Shown here piece after piece: positions 13,961-25,470 of a DNA stretch of 64,000 bases. Below the pieces are notes generated by a model, which saw only the letters and a list, made by a program, of their open reading frames with translations, had not been told where the DNA came from and searched no databases. Numbering within the stretch: the first letter of the stretch is position 1; each line of letters starts with the position of its first letter. The stretch spans positions 166,718,001-166,782,000 of the forward strand of contig OZ024743.1 of the NCBI GenBank assembly GCA_964016885.1, in the 5' to 3' direction. A program made the position numbers and the translations under genes. The stretch comes from Eledone cirrhosa. Lineage: Eukaryota.

Positions 13961-13962
<2 letters not shown>
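13477..13962 (-). mobile_element. R4/Dong-like family 1, 5'-truncated 3' end
   Basis: ORF 13552-13941 has KPDLVV, DVACP and K..RY and is highly similar to 18850-19340. (AAT)n on both sides. Confidence 0.93.
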
Positions 13963-14018
<56 letters not shown>

Positions 14019-14069
14019 CTTAATACTATTTTCAGTATTTTTTTCTACATACTCAAAATTATTTTTATA

Positions 14070-14786
14070 ACCAGCTAATATACTGCTTTACTATTAAATA
14101 TGGATCTATTTGCGGATAGTCTGGATATTCGTTGTTGTACACTGTTGACTATTGCATTCTTAACACTTTTAGGATGATTAAAATAAAAATTAACATAATT
14201 TAAGTTCTCATTGAGTTTATGGAAAGAGTAATGAATGCCTGAGTTCAAATTAAGAGTTACGTCAAAAAAATTCACTATTTTATTGTTATTTTCTACTTCT
14301 AATTTCAGGTCATAATTTAAAAAAAATTCTATAATTACTTTCTTTACTCTATTTAATTCACTATTATTATGTTTTTCTACAATAAATAATATGTCGTCTC
14401 TATATAAACCACCGGTAATCTCCGGCAGTTTTCTATTTATCATGTTAAGGATGAAAATTCTCACAAGATTGGTAACTTGCGCCGAATCAGACGAGCCCAT
14501 AGTAATGTCAAAGTTCTTCTGCCTATCGGATCTAGTCCAAAGATCATTATTAAATTCTATCAATGTTCGCCTTGCAGTTAAAATAATATTTATCTCATCA
14601 CTAGATAGATCCGTGTGTTTATATGCATATGATAGCGCCTTATTTAGTAGGTTAGGAGTTATTGAGGAATAATAACTCGCAATGTCCATTTGAATAAACT
14701 TCTGATTTTTTTATTTTCTATATTATTGAACCAAACTATGACTTCATTTGTGCCCTTCCATAGTATTAAGTATAATCACAGTATTC

Positions 14787-14843
<57 letters not shown>

Positions 14844-14890
14844 TGAATTTTTAACATATTTAAATCATTTGTGAAATAACAACTCTTAGT
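14070..14890 (-). mobile_element. PLE RT fragment (YRDD type)
   Basis: MDIASYYSSI, FDITMGSSDSA, GGLYRDD and NFFDVTLNL in ORF 14075-14689. Confidence 0.85.
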
Positions 14891-15689
14891 ACAAATGCTA
14901 CGTAAAGCACCCGGCTTGAGCCCCCAAAAATTCGGACCCAAAATGTATTGTTATAAGGCTCAAATATTCAAATATTCAACTTTGTATTGTACACTGTATA
15001 TCCAAAAAAGAAAATGGCTATAAATGGAAGAAGACCCCCCCTCCTCTCCTCTGTCTACACTATATAGAACAGCCAAACTCACCAACACCAGAAACTAGAT
15101 ACACCACCCACCCCATCACCTGTGTACACTAAACACAACAGCCAGATAACGGCATTTTCACCACCACCGCTCACTACGGCCACCATTACCACCATTATCC
15201 CATCACCGCCGCCACCACCCCTTCCCTCCTTCACTGCTACCACCGCTACAGCACCATCACTACAGTAATACGGTCACATCACCGCCACCACTGCCTCGGT
15301 ATCGACATCACCATCACCACTGTCTCAGTATCGCTACCGCCGCCAGTCTCCCACTTCTACCAGCTGGCTGCTGCCACCACATTATAGAATCCCTACTGCT
15401 AAAAAAGAGGAAGGCATCAAAATATATAGATAGACTCAAAAGAAAAAAGAAAAAACAAACAACAAAACCAAAGCAGCACAGCAACAACAGCAAAAAACGA
15501 GAAAAACAAACAGAGAAAAACAAAAACAAAAACAAAAAAAACAAAAAAAAAAAAACGTAAAGAAAATAAGAATGAAGAGAGAAGCAGGCGGACGGACAGA
15601 GAAGAGGGGGGAAAAACTAAAACTTAAAAAACAAAAACTAAGTCAGACATTCGAACACTACATTACAATGAAACTTATGCTTATTCATT

Positions 15690-18600
15690 TTTGGGGCCCT
15701 TTCTGCCTGTGTGTTTGTTTGTTTATGTGTGTTCGTATACAGCGTGGTGATAATGCCACACAAGGGCCAAGTGGAATGGCGGATCCACAGATGGCTATGT
15801 AACCATACATTCGCCAATCCTCGATAAGAGTGTTTAAATATCGAACATAAACAGTTCGAATAACGGTGAAATGGAGACTAGAACGTCATGTGACAGACTC
15901 TCACCCAACAGGTGCCCCCTGGCTCAGTAGCAGGAACCTGACTGTCAACCAAATACTGCTGATGTTGGAGGAAGGAAAAGAAGGAAAGGGGCCAGAACCA
16001 ACTGGACGAAAGAATTGAATAGAACTGTTATGCAATGTTACCTGAAAAGTAACCCCAAGGAGAGGGGCTACAGGAGACGGATGCATAACATCTGGAACGA
16101 GATTGGTTTATTTAAATTAGATGAACAAAAATTGGCCGGGCAGGCTCGGGTAATAAGAACTAATGGGTGGATAAGCGAGCTGGAACTGGAGGAACTGAGC
16201 AGAGAGAATGGCTTGGAGATGGCGGGTGTAGTATGCCAGACAAGCGAGCCAGTGGGAAATGAAGGTGAAGAGGTCCTGAGAACGGAGGAACCACCCGAAG
16301 CAGACAATGATCTGAATACTGAGATAAATAATACCTGGAACAGAGATACGGCTACTGAGGAGATGAATGCTGACGGGCTAGGACAAGATTCGGTTGACAT
16401 CCTAAATTTAGTGGTAGATGAATTGAACAATGATAGTGGGAGACCTATGAACCTAAGATTTGTAGACAGGAAAAAGTTAAAAGAAACAACAGCTAAGGTA
16501 AACAAAGTCATCCCATACCTTGAGGCGAGGAGCCTTCACCAGTGCAACAATATCCTCAAAGCAACAGCAAATACGGTGAGGAAACTACTTGGTATAAAAG
16601 CGAGAGGAAACAACAGACAAGAAAGAGCAGAGCCGTGGTGGAAGAAGCGACTGAGTGGGCAAATCGGGGAAATGAGAAATGACATAGGAAAGCTTGAGTC
16701 ACTACTGAATGGGACACTAAAAAACATAGGCACTAAAAATAGACTGGAAATGAAATACAAAACTAGGAGGAAAAAGCTAAATATTATCATAGAGGAACTG
16801 AAGCAACGCATTGTAGCAAAGAGTGCAAAAATCAGGCGATACGAGAACAGAGTCAGTCAGTATAAACAGAACCGCATGTTCGACAACAACCAGAAGATGC
16901 TGTTTGGACAGCTTGAGGGGAAAGAAAGAGGCAACGACTTGATCCCTGGGGCGGAGCAAACTAAAACATTCTGGAGAGGAATATAGGAGCAGGATGTTAG
17001 ACATAATGTCCAGGCAGGGTGGATTGAGACAGTACAGAGGGAGATCGGTGAGCAGGCACAACAACAAACTGATTTGAGTATCACAGTTGAAACTCTTAAG
17101 GGGCAGGCCAAAAAACTAACCAACTGGAAATCACCAGGCCCAGATGGTGTGCAGGGGTATTGGATTAAACATTTAACATCCCTCCATCCGAAGCTGACGG
17201 CCATGTTCAATGACAGCTTGGTGTCGGGTGAGGTGCCAGAGTGGTTGACAAAAGGTACCACAGTTCTGATAATGAAAGACCGAATCAAGGGTAATGATGT
17301 TACCAACTATAGACCTATCACATGTCTGTCCGTAATGTGGAAACTGTTGACGAGCATTGTGTCTGAGGAAATCTACCATCACCTCCACACAAACAACTTG
17401 TTACCGGACGAACAGAAAGGATGCCGAAAGAAGTCACGTGGTACAAAGGACCAGTTACTTATTGATAAGATGGTAATGGGGAATTGCAGGAGGAGACACA
17501 CTGACCTTGCCATGGGATGGATAGACTACAGAAAGGCATTTGACATGGTGCCTCATTCTTGGATCACCAAAAGCCTGGAGATTTTCAGGGTGGCAGATAA
17601 CATCAGACAGTTGCTAGGCAGGAGTATGGGGTCCTGGGAGACAGAGTTGACATCAACTGGAGTATCCTTGGGAAGCGTGAAGATCAAGAGAGGTATCTTC
17701 CAGGGAGATAGCCTGTCCCCTCTGTTGTTTGTCCTTGCCCTGATGCCCTTGACCATTATGCTGCGAAAAGTGAGAGCAGGATACAAGTTGGGAAGGGGAG
17801 AGCTTACCATCAATCACCTCCTCTTCATGGACGATCTTAAGCTCTTCGGGAAAAGTGAGAAGGAGTTGGATGTGCTTGTTGACACTGTCCGTATTTTCAG
17901 CAGTGATATATGTATGCAGTTTGGTATTGGTAAATGTGGAGTCATTGTGATGAGGAGGGGTAGGTTGAGCAGAAGTAACGGGATCCAGATACCAACAGGT
18001 GAGATGATAAAGGAAATTGACTCTGACGAAGGATACAAGTATTTGGGCGTTCTGGAGGCTGATGGCATAAAGAACAAAAAAATGAAGGAATTGTTAAGAA
18101 CTGAATACATTCGGAGAGTAAGGAGCGTATTGAAGTCACATCTGAACAGCAGAAATGCCATAAGCGCAGTAAATTCCCGAGCTGTGTCTATTATTAGGTA
18201 CAGTGCGGGAATTCTGAGATGGAATGTTGCTGAACAAAAAGAAATGGATAGGAAGACTAGGAAGCTATTGACTATCTACAACATGTTCCACAAGAGGAGT
18301 GATGTCGATAGACTCTACCTAAGGAGATCTGAGGGTGGAAGAGGTCTTATCAGCATAGAGGACTGTATTCAGATGGAGAAAAACAACCTATACAAATACG
18401 TGACCTATAGTAAGGAGCCAATGCTCAGAACTGTACTGAAGGAGGGGACAGTAGGCCAGGGGATGTCCAAGGAGGAAATAACATCAAGGAGGAAGAGCAG
18501 CCTTAAGGGAAAATCCCTTCATAGTACCTTCTTTGAGAAAACTGAATTTAGAGATCCACAGACATGGAACTGGTTGAGAAGAGGAGACCTCAAAAAGGCT

Positions 18601-19338
18601 ACAGAAGGAATGCTAATGGCTGCGCAGGAGCAGGCCCTCAAAACGAAGTGGTTGAAGCACCATATTTACAAGGAGGAGGCTAGCCCACTGTGCAGGATCT
18701 GTGGAGAGAGAGAGGAGACTGTGGCTTACATTGTGTCCGAGTGTAAACACCTAGCCCAGACCCACTATAAGGGCTGGAGACACGATGTGATGGGCAGGGT
18801 GATCCACTGGCACCTGTGCAAAGTAAACAATTTACCACATTCTGAGAAATGGTATGAGCATAGGCCAGAGGCGGTGATGGAGAACAATCAGGTGAAGGTG
18901 CTGTGGGATTTTAGGATACAGACGGACAAAAAACTGGAACACAATAGACCTGATCTGGTGGTTGTGGAAAAAGAAAAAAGATCGTGTCTGATTGTGGATG
19001 TGGCCTGCCCGTTCGACACGAGAGTGCAAGAGAAGGAGAGGGAGAAAATTAACTGATACCAGGACCTAAAGTGGGAGGTGAAAAGGATTTGGAACTGCCA
19101 TGAAGTCAAAGTGATCCCGATTGTCATAGGCGCACTGGGAACTATCTCCAAAAGTTTCCAGGGATGGTTAAAGAAAATCGGCCCCTTCACGCTTTTTGGA
19201 ACGCTTCAAAAGGCATGCTTGCTTGGAACAGCAAGAACCCTCCGATACGTCCTGAATATCTGAGGCTGCAGGTAGTGGCTTGATATTCAATCCAACGGAC
19301 TTTCCAGTTAACCAACATCAATGACTGAGATTCAAGGA
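15690..19338 (+). mobile_element. Near full-length R4/Dong-clade non-LTR retrotransposon (family 1)
   Basis: One reading frame 15871-19263: N-terminal WTKELNRTVMQCY, RT (QGDSLSP, FMDD), CRIC..C knuckle, RHD, PD..D.K RLE. Ends in (AAC)(AAT)n. The 5' boundary is approximate. Confidence 0.93.
15871..19263 (+). pseudogene. R4-clade RT-RLE polyprotein with three in-frame stops
   Basis: ATG 15871 and ORFs 16015, 17074 and 19078 are all in the same frame. Stops are TAG 15928, TAG 16984 and TGA 19054. No frameshift. Confidence 0.88.
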
Positions 19339-19349
19339 ATAACAACAAC

Positions 19350-19411
<62 letters not shown>

Positions 19412-19671
19412 TTTCTTTATTAACCACAAGGGTTTACATAAAGTAGACATTAAGGACAGTGCAGGACAATGCAGGACGGTACAAATGGGCATTTCTGCGT
19501 GTAAAAAAACAAAAACAGAGGATGTAACAAAAATAACAATGAAAATAACAATGAAAAATTCCCCAATAGGGGGGAGACTTCGGAGGGACATTTGTGGAGA
19601 AAGCCCAGTAAAAAGCCACAATGACCCTGACCACCAAGGCAAGTGCCCTCTCCCAGTTTTCCACCTTTAGT

Positions 19672-22600
19672 TTACAGATATATACTCAGAGTCGGCCCAT
19701 TCACTCGGGCCATTCTTGCTTCTCTCACCCATCTTTCAACAAAATGCTGGGAAGAGAGCACTTCCCTCTCTACTCTGATTTTCCTTTTCAAATGAAATTT
19801 GAAAAAGTCAATCAGAGCATCACCGAAGAGGTAAGTGCTCGTCTTCAGCCCTTTCAAACGTGTCCACCATACTATCTCTTTCGCCATGGCCACCAGACAG
19901 ATAAAAACTGCCTGCCCTTCCCGGCTAAAGGAGGAGGGCGGGGCAATCCTCACGATGGACTCAGATGATAGCTGGATCCGTCCTAAACGCGACAGCAGGT
20001 GTTCGACATAAACCCACAAGTCAGCAATTTTCGGACACTGGACGAGTGCGTGCAGGACGGTTTCGTCGCCCTGCGCGCATCTCGGACATGCCCGGCTGAC
20101 GGCACCTCCATGCCTGTAGAGTTTATCCCGAACTGGCAAGGCTCCTCGGTAGCACTGCCAGGCCAGAGATTTCTGGAAGTTGTCCATAGGCCCTGGCCCG
20201 AAAGTTCTTCCGAAGAGATTGGCTAGTTGATTTTCGTCGACGCCTAGAGTTTCCCCAAGTACGTCGTCGCTCTTCCCCTCCACTAATCCTCTATAGAACG
20301 CCGAGGTGGAGTTTCCACCGATCACATTGCCCGATTGGTCGAGGGCTGTGAGCGCCTGAAGACATTCCAGTCTCCAGGCGCTCCCTCTCGGTCTTCGCTT
20401 GACCCAGGACTGCAGCTCCGTCAAGGAAACGAGCTGGGGAAAAACGCGTCTAGCAAACGGCGACCACACCTGATCACCGTCGAGGAAGAGGTGGAGATGT
20501 CGTAGCCTGAGCGCGTGCCTGCGCATCATCAGCCACGGCATGCCCAGCCCTCCACGTAGCGGGTGTTGACAACAGATGGACCGCCTGACCATCGGAGCAC
20601 GTCCCTTCCACAAAAAGCGAAAGAGCAAACGCTCCAGCGCAGTCAGGCGAGGCTTAGGACAAGGTACGACGGTTAGGCGGTAGCAGATGACAGACGCGAT
20701 GTACGCGTTAGCCACCTCCGCTCGACCTTTCAGGGATAGCTTCCTCTCCGCCCATTTCTGGGTGAGAGAAGCCACCCTGCTCGTCACCTCGTCCCAGTTT
20801 TTGTCCGTCTGGAGGTCCGGACCGAACCAGACCCCTAGCAATTTAACCGGTCCGTCCGTCCAGCGCCCGACGACGCTGTTGGACGGCATGGACCTGCCTC
20901 TCCAGGTGCCGAGCTGCAGGCCCACTGACTTTTCCTGGTTGATCATTGCTCCTGTCACCGCTTCGTATTCTCTTAGTGTAGTGCCGATCGCCTCGATGTG
21001 TTTGGCGTTCGACACCACTACGGTGACATCGTCCGCATATGCTGACACGGATCTTCCGCATCCTAGTTCGCGCGGGACTCCCCTCAACGTCTCCAGTTTG
21101 TGCAGTAATGGCTCGAGAGTCAATACGTACAAGAGGGACGAGAGGGGACATCCTTGGCGGACCGAGCGCATGATGTTGAACGGTTCCGACAGGTGACCGT
21201 TCACTCTCACCACAGAGCAGATGTCGCTGTGCATGGCAGCGATCCAGCCTCTGAAGACGGGCCCAAAGCCAGCCGCCCTCAGGACTGCCGCTAGGTAACG
21301 ATGGTCGACCCTATCGAAAGCTTTCGACTGATCTAAATTGATCAAGGACCCACCCGTGCCAGGTTCCCTAGCTACCCTCTCTACGATGTATCGCATGAGG
21401 TGGAGGTTGTCGTGGATGGATCTGTCGGGAATGGCGCATGTCTGCGCCTCTCCCACCAGACCACCAACGACAAGCGCCAACCTCTTTGCTAGCACCTTGG
21501 CCAAAATCTTAAACTCTGTGTTTAGCAGAGTTATGGGCCGGAAATTGTCTATGTTATCCCCCTTGTTCGGATCCTTTCTCAGCAGTGCCACCGCTCCTCG
21601 GCTCACAGAACTGGGAATTCTCCCGTTCTGTTGCCAGTTGCAGTAGACGTCCGCCAAGAGGCCTCCGAACAAGTCTGGCATCTGTACGTAAAGTTCATAG
21701 GGCAGACCATCCAAACCAGGCGATTTACCCCTTGTGCAGCCAGTCATTGCCTCCCTTACTTCAGCGGCTGTTATCGGCTTTTCGCAACACTTCGCCTCAG
21801 TGGCCGAGAGCCGCGGCAGTCCGTCGAGGTAGACACTAAAGTCCATCCCTCTACCCGGCCCCCCGCTGCCCCCGAACAGCTGAGCGAAGTGTCGCTGAAA
21901 AGCTTCACACATTTGCCCGGGATCGAGTAGCATGCGCCCGTCGTGGTCCACCAAAGACCGGATCGTGGCTTTGTTGCCACGACGCGCCTCCGCCACTCGG
22001 GCCCATTGAACGGCTTTCGTCCCCTCGTGTCTGAGAGCACGCACCCTAGCTCTGACAACGCAGCCTTCGTGCTTTGCATTGAAGAATTGGTCAAGGGCCA
22101 ATTTCGCCGCAAGCACGTCGGTCGCAATGCCTTTGCTAAGCGCCTCGTCTAATTTTCTAACTAGTTCTCCCTCTGCTCTATTTTTCTCTATTGCTAAAGC
22201 CTTACTAAACCTAATCGATTCTATTCTAATCGCTCTTTTCAGAGCAAACCACCACTTGTTGTTGACGATGGCCCCCGTCAACGCCCGCTTAACTAGTTCG
22301 CTAATCCGGTCTCTGTAGGCCTTGCGCGCTGGTAAGGACGCGTTTAGCTTCCAGTAGCCGGGTCCTCGTCTATGAAGCCTATCTAAGTCAAGCACACAGA
22401 TCACGAATTTGTGGTCCGTGTAGCTGACTATCTTGAATTGTGGACAGCCTATGCTAGACCTATCTATTTCCCTACAAAATACTCTATCTAGATATGATCT
22501 GGATGACCCTATGCGGTTTGTCCAAGTCCACATTGGCACATTCGGGAAATCCAATCGGTACCTGTCAGACAGTTCAAAACGCCTGAGCAGGTTGGTGAGG

Positions 22601-23091
22601 CTCTTGCACCCTCCACCCCTATCCGCTAATCCCACACAGTCCCAGCGTGCATCTAAGATCCCGTTCCAGTCGCCCACTAACACTAAAGAGCGCGACGTTC
22701 CAAGAAAGGTCTCCAGACGCCGGAAGAAATCAGGCCGCCCTGCTCCTGTCGGGGCATAGACGGCCACTAGCCTGAAAGCTTGCCCGTCTCCGCTGGTCAC
22801 GTCCAGCACCACCAGCTTACCCTCTGGGTCCAGGAAGATGGCCCGTATGGCGAGATCCAAACCTCTCCGAAAAAGCACAGCAACTCCTCCACCCGATCCA
22901 GGACGGCTGGGAGATGCGTACACATCGTAGCCGCCGAAGATCGGTGCGAAGGCCCGTGCTTCGGAGATTCTGGTCTCGCTGATGGCCACTACATCTATGT
23001 TTAGTGACCTGAGGTCGTTGAGCAGGTGACCCTGCTTCCATGACGACCCCAAGCCACGCGCATTTATGCTGCCTATTCTGAGTGAGGTCAT
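19672..23091 (-). CDS. Tx1-like ORF2: AP endonuclease + reverse transcriptase + C-terminal CCHC zinc finger (1139 aa)
   Basis: NARGL, SET, VYAP, GDWN, YLDRVF, TDH (APE); PGLDG, FRPITLLN, KAFDRVDH, RQGCPLS, YADD (RT); CPRC..ETVLHALVQC. Confidence 0.96.
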   Translation of the reverse strand: MTSLRIGSINARGLGSSWKQGHLLNDLRSLNIDVVAISETRISEARAFAPIFGGYDVYASPSRPGSGGGVAVLFRRGLDLAIRAIFLDPEGKLVVLDVTSGDGQAFRLVAVYAPTGAGRPDFFRRLETFLGTSRSLVLVGDWNGILDARWDCVGLADRGGGCKSLTNLLRRFELSDRYRLDFPNVPMWTWTNRIGSSRSYLDRVFCREIDRSSIGCPQFKIVSYTDHKFVICVLDLDRLHRRGPGYWKLNASLPARKAYRDRISELVKRALTGAIVNNKWWFALKRAIRIESIRFSKALAIEKNRAEGELVRKLDEALSKGIATDVLAAKLALDQFFNAKHEGCVVRARVRALRHEGTKAVQWARVAEARRGNKATIRSLVDHDGRMLLDPGQMCEAFQRHFAQLFGGSGGPGRGMDFSVYLDGLPRLSATEAKCCEKPITAAEVREAMTGCTRGKSPGLDGLPYELYVQMPDLFGGLLADVYCNWQQNGRIPSSVSRGAVALLRKDPNKGDNIDNFRPITLLNTEFKILAKVLAKRLALVVGGLVGEAQTCAIPDRSIHDNLHLMRYIVERVAREPGTGGSLINLDQSKAFDRVDHRYLAAVLRAAGFGPVFRGWIAAMHSDICSVVRVNGHLSEPFNIMRSVRQGCPLSSLLYVLTLEPLLHKLETLRGVPRELGCGRSVSAYADDVTVVVSNAKHIEAIGTTLREYEAVTGAMINQEKSVGLQLGTWRGRSMPSNSVVGRWTDGPVKLLGVWFGPDLQTDKNWDEVTSRVASLTQKWAERKLSLKGRAEVANAYIASVICYRLTVVPCPKPRLTALERLLFRFLWKGRAPMVRRSICCQHPLRGGLGMPWLMMRRHALRLRHLHLFLDGDQVWSPFARRVFPQLVSLTELQSWVKRRPRGSAWRLECLQALTALDQSGNVIGGNSTSAFYRGLVEGKSDDVLGETLGVDENQLANLFGRTFGPGPMDNFQKSLAWQCYRGALPVRDKLYRHGGAVSRACPRCAQGDETVLHALVQCPKIADLWVYVEHLLSRLGRIQLSSESIVRIAPPSSFSREGQAVFICLVAMAKEIVWWTRLKGLKTSTYLFGDALIDFFKFHLKRKIRVEREVLSSQHFVERWVREARMARVNGPTLSIYL

Positions 23092-23126
23092 GTTTAAAAT
23101 AGAGTGGAAAAGATGGGAAAGACCAC

Positions 23127-25227
23127 TTACCGTATTTTTGGTAGAGGAGGGATGGTTTTTACATCCCTTTTCACTTGATCGTCTGGTGAAGGGACCGTTG
23201 AATCGTCCCTTCGGCTGGTCGTCGGCTCTTCTAAGAGAATGTCTGAATATACTCTTCGATTAATGGTTCCTCCTAGGTCCCTGAAATCACCAACTGCGTT
23301 GGGGAATTTCGTTTTAATGTTTGTGTATTGTTTCTGTGCTATTTTTAGCAGTCTTATGTTAGTTGGCGTTTTGATTGGTGCTGGTATTATGTAGTCCTGT
23401 TGTGAAATGTCTGTGTGTTCAATTATGTAAGTCATTAGTTTCTTGTCGTGTGTGTTTATTGCCGTGCATTTGTTTTTCTGGGGGTGGGGTGTGGTTCTGC
23501 TATTTTCTTGTCGTTGTTGCTGGGTGTGTGTGTTTTGTTGTTGTGTTTGCGATGTTGGTGCTTGTGGTGGTGGTGTTGAAGGTGTTGTTGGCGGTGGGGT
23601 TGTCGCCGGTGGTGATGGTGGTGCTGGTGTGGGTGGTGATGGTGTTGGTGGTGTTGCTGCTGTGGGTCTCTTTGCAGTAGACTTTACCCTTTTCTCATTT
23701 CTTTCCTCCCTTTTCAAAGGCGACGATGCGCTGCTTCTGCGTTTGTGCCTTCTTGAGACCTTTTGCCATCCCTCTCCCACCTCACACTCCATGTCTGATT
23801 CTGTAAGGTCGGGGAGGGGTACCAGCTCCACTCTTTCACTTGTTGTTGTTGGTGATGTTTGCACTGGAGTCTCTGTTGCAGCTGCATTTGGTATTGCTGT
23901 TGTTGTTGTTAATATTTCCACTGCTGCTGCTGTCTTTGATTTCCGTGGAGTGGGTATGGGTGCCACGGACCTATCGTTCCTGGTTGCCGCTTGTCCTGTT
24001 GCTGGTAGCCGTGGAACCGGATTCGGGAGGAGGGGGGTTTTCTCCTTTCTCAGGGTCTTCTCGTTGCAGAAGGCCCTGAGGTGAGTCTTCGATCCACAGC
24101 GAAAGCATTTCGGGCGTTTGCCCTCAACACTTATGGGCAGTTGAGTGCCGTTATCGAAGTCTATCACATCCGGGATAGCTTCGATGCACTCCTGGTTGGT
24201 TTGGATTAGCATCTCAATGGAGGAGCCGACCCAATCTTCTCTTACTTTTTTCTGTACTTGCAGTACAGTTGTTTTGTCCTCGATTCCGACGAGGACAGAC
24301 GCGGCCAGCCAAGAAGGGGTCATTCCGGGGGGGACGTGGGTCAGTTTGACCCTCACAATTTTTTGCCCGCAGTAGGAGGGCACCAACACCATTTCCTCGC
24401 TCCTTAGGGTCACTACTGATTGGGCCTTTGCCTCCTGGGGTGTGGCAAAAAGTACGTCTACGGTGGCGTATTTTTTGCCTCGGGTGATGTGCGTTTTCCT
24501 CTGCCACACAGACCCCAAGGCTTTTTGTATTTGGGCCTCTGTGGCTCTTTCCACCCTACGGGATTTTGTACTTACTGTACGGTACGTGACCGTACAGTGC
24601 TCTTGGGTTTCGAAAAAATTTTTCGCTGCCTTGCAGATTGCTCGGTGTCCGTTCTTTGTCACCATCTTCTTCGCTTCCTCTAATTCCTCATTTGTTATGA
24701 GGATTGTTTCCAGGTTTTTCGCAATACCTGCAAATGAGATTGGTTTTTCTCTGCTGTTGTTGTTGTCGTCAGAGCTGCTGGTACTTTTGTTGTTGCTGCA
24801 GGTACTACGACTACTGCCTCCGCCGCTGTTGCTGTGGTTGTTGTTGGTGTTGCTGCTGCTAATGCTGTTGTTGTTTATGCTGCTGGTGATGCTGTTGCGG
24901 CTGCTACTGTTGTTTTCATTGTCACTGTTGCTGTTGTTATTACGGCTGCTACTGCTATTATTCCTGACGTCAGACGAATGAACTGGGTTTTCGTATTTCC
25001 CGCACACCTGTTTCGTCGCTGTCGTCGTCGTCGTGGAGAAACCTTGCACGCTTTGCACGAGACTTTTCTTTTCTTTCGTCGCTTGCGAAAGAGAAGGTAG
25101 GGAGAGAGACACATTTAAAGAAGGGAGGGAGAGAGACAATCTTCTCTCTCCTGTAGTGATGATTGAGGAAGAAGAAGACGGAATGAGTGGGAGTGACGTA
25201 TGAAATTTTTTTTTTTTTGGTAGCCAT
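23127..25227 (-). CDS. Tx1-like ORF1 (gag-like, CCHC knuckle, Asn/Ser- and Pro/Thr-rich tracts); true ATG at 25227, shifted by one extra A in an A13 run
   Basis: 670-aa open frame 23127-25139 with CFRCGSKTHLRAFC. Comparison with the copy starting at 7669 (MATKKNFHKSLPLIP) places the start at 25227. Confidence 0.88.
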
Positions 25228-25470
25228 GTTGTTTTGTTTAAAATGAAATTTTGGGTACAAAACCCCCAATAACTGGCTATTTAACCCCGAAGGGCCAAAT
25301 AACGGACAGAAAGACCCCTCTCACGAGGAGGAGGGTGTCTTTATCAACAATTTGGTTCAAGTTTTAAACAATTTACAATTGTTTTAACGGTTAAAAATTA
25401 CTATACCTTACAGAGCCGAGCCTCCGTCAACCATGGCATTCAATAATAATAATAATAATAATAATAATAA

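Larger units (their letters stand above)
19410..25441 (-). mobile_element. Full-length Tx1-like LINE (subfamily A), about 6.03 kb
   Basis: 5' UTR, ORF1, 35-nt spacer, intact ORF2, and 3' UTR ending AATAAAGAAATC. (ATT)n on the sense strand at both ends. Confidence 0.97.

Noticed and set aside
14890-15690. ACC-rich and A-rich stretch as a gene or transposon end
   Set aside because: Low complexity, with no paired terminal repeats or credible ORF that I could support.
19054-19056. Shared in-frame TGA in two R4 copies as programmed readthrough or selenocysteine
   Set aside because: The third copy has CGA (Arg), so this is simple CpG decay. The sharing is explained by local homogenisation, and no SECIS was recognised.
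20687-22759. Antisense ORFs recurring in several Tx1 copies
   Set aside because: Expected shadows of a GC-rich coding strand in near-identical copies, with no recognisable motifs.
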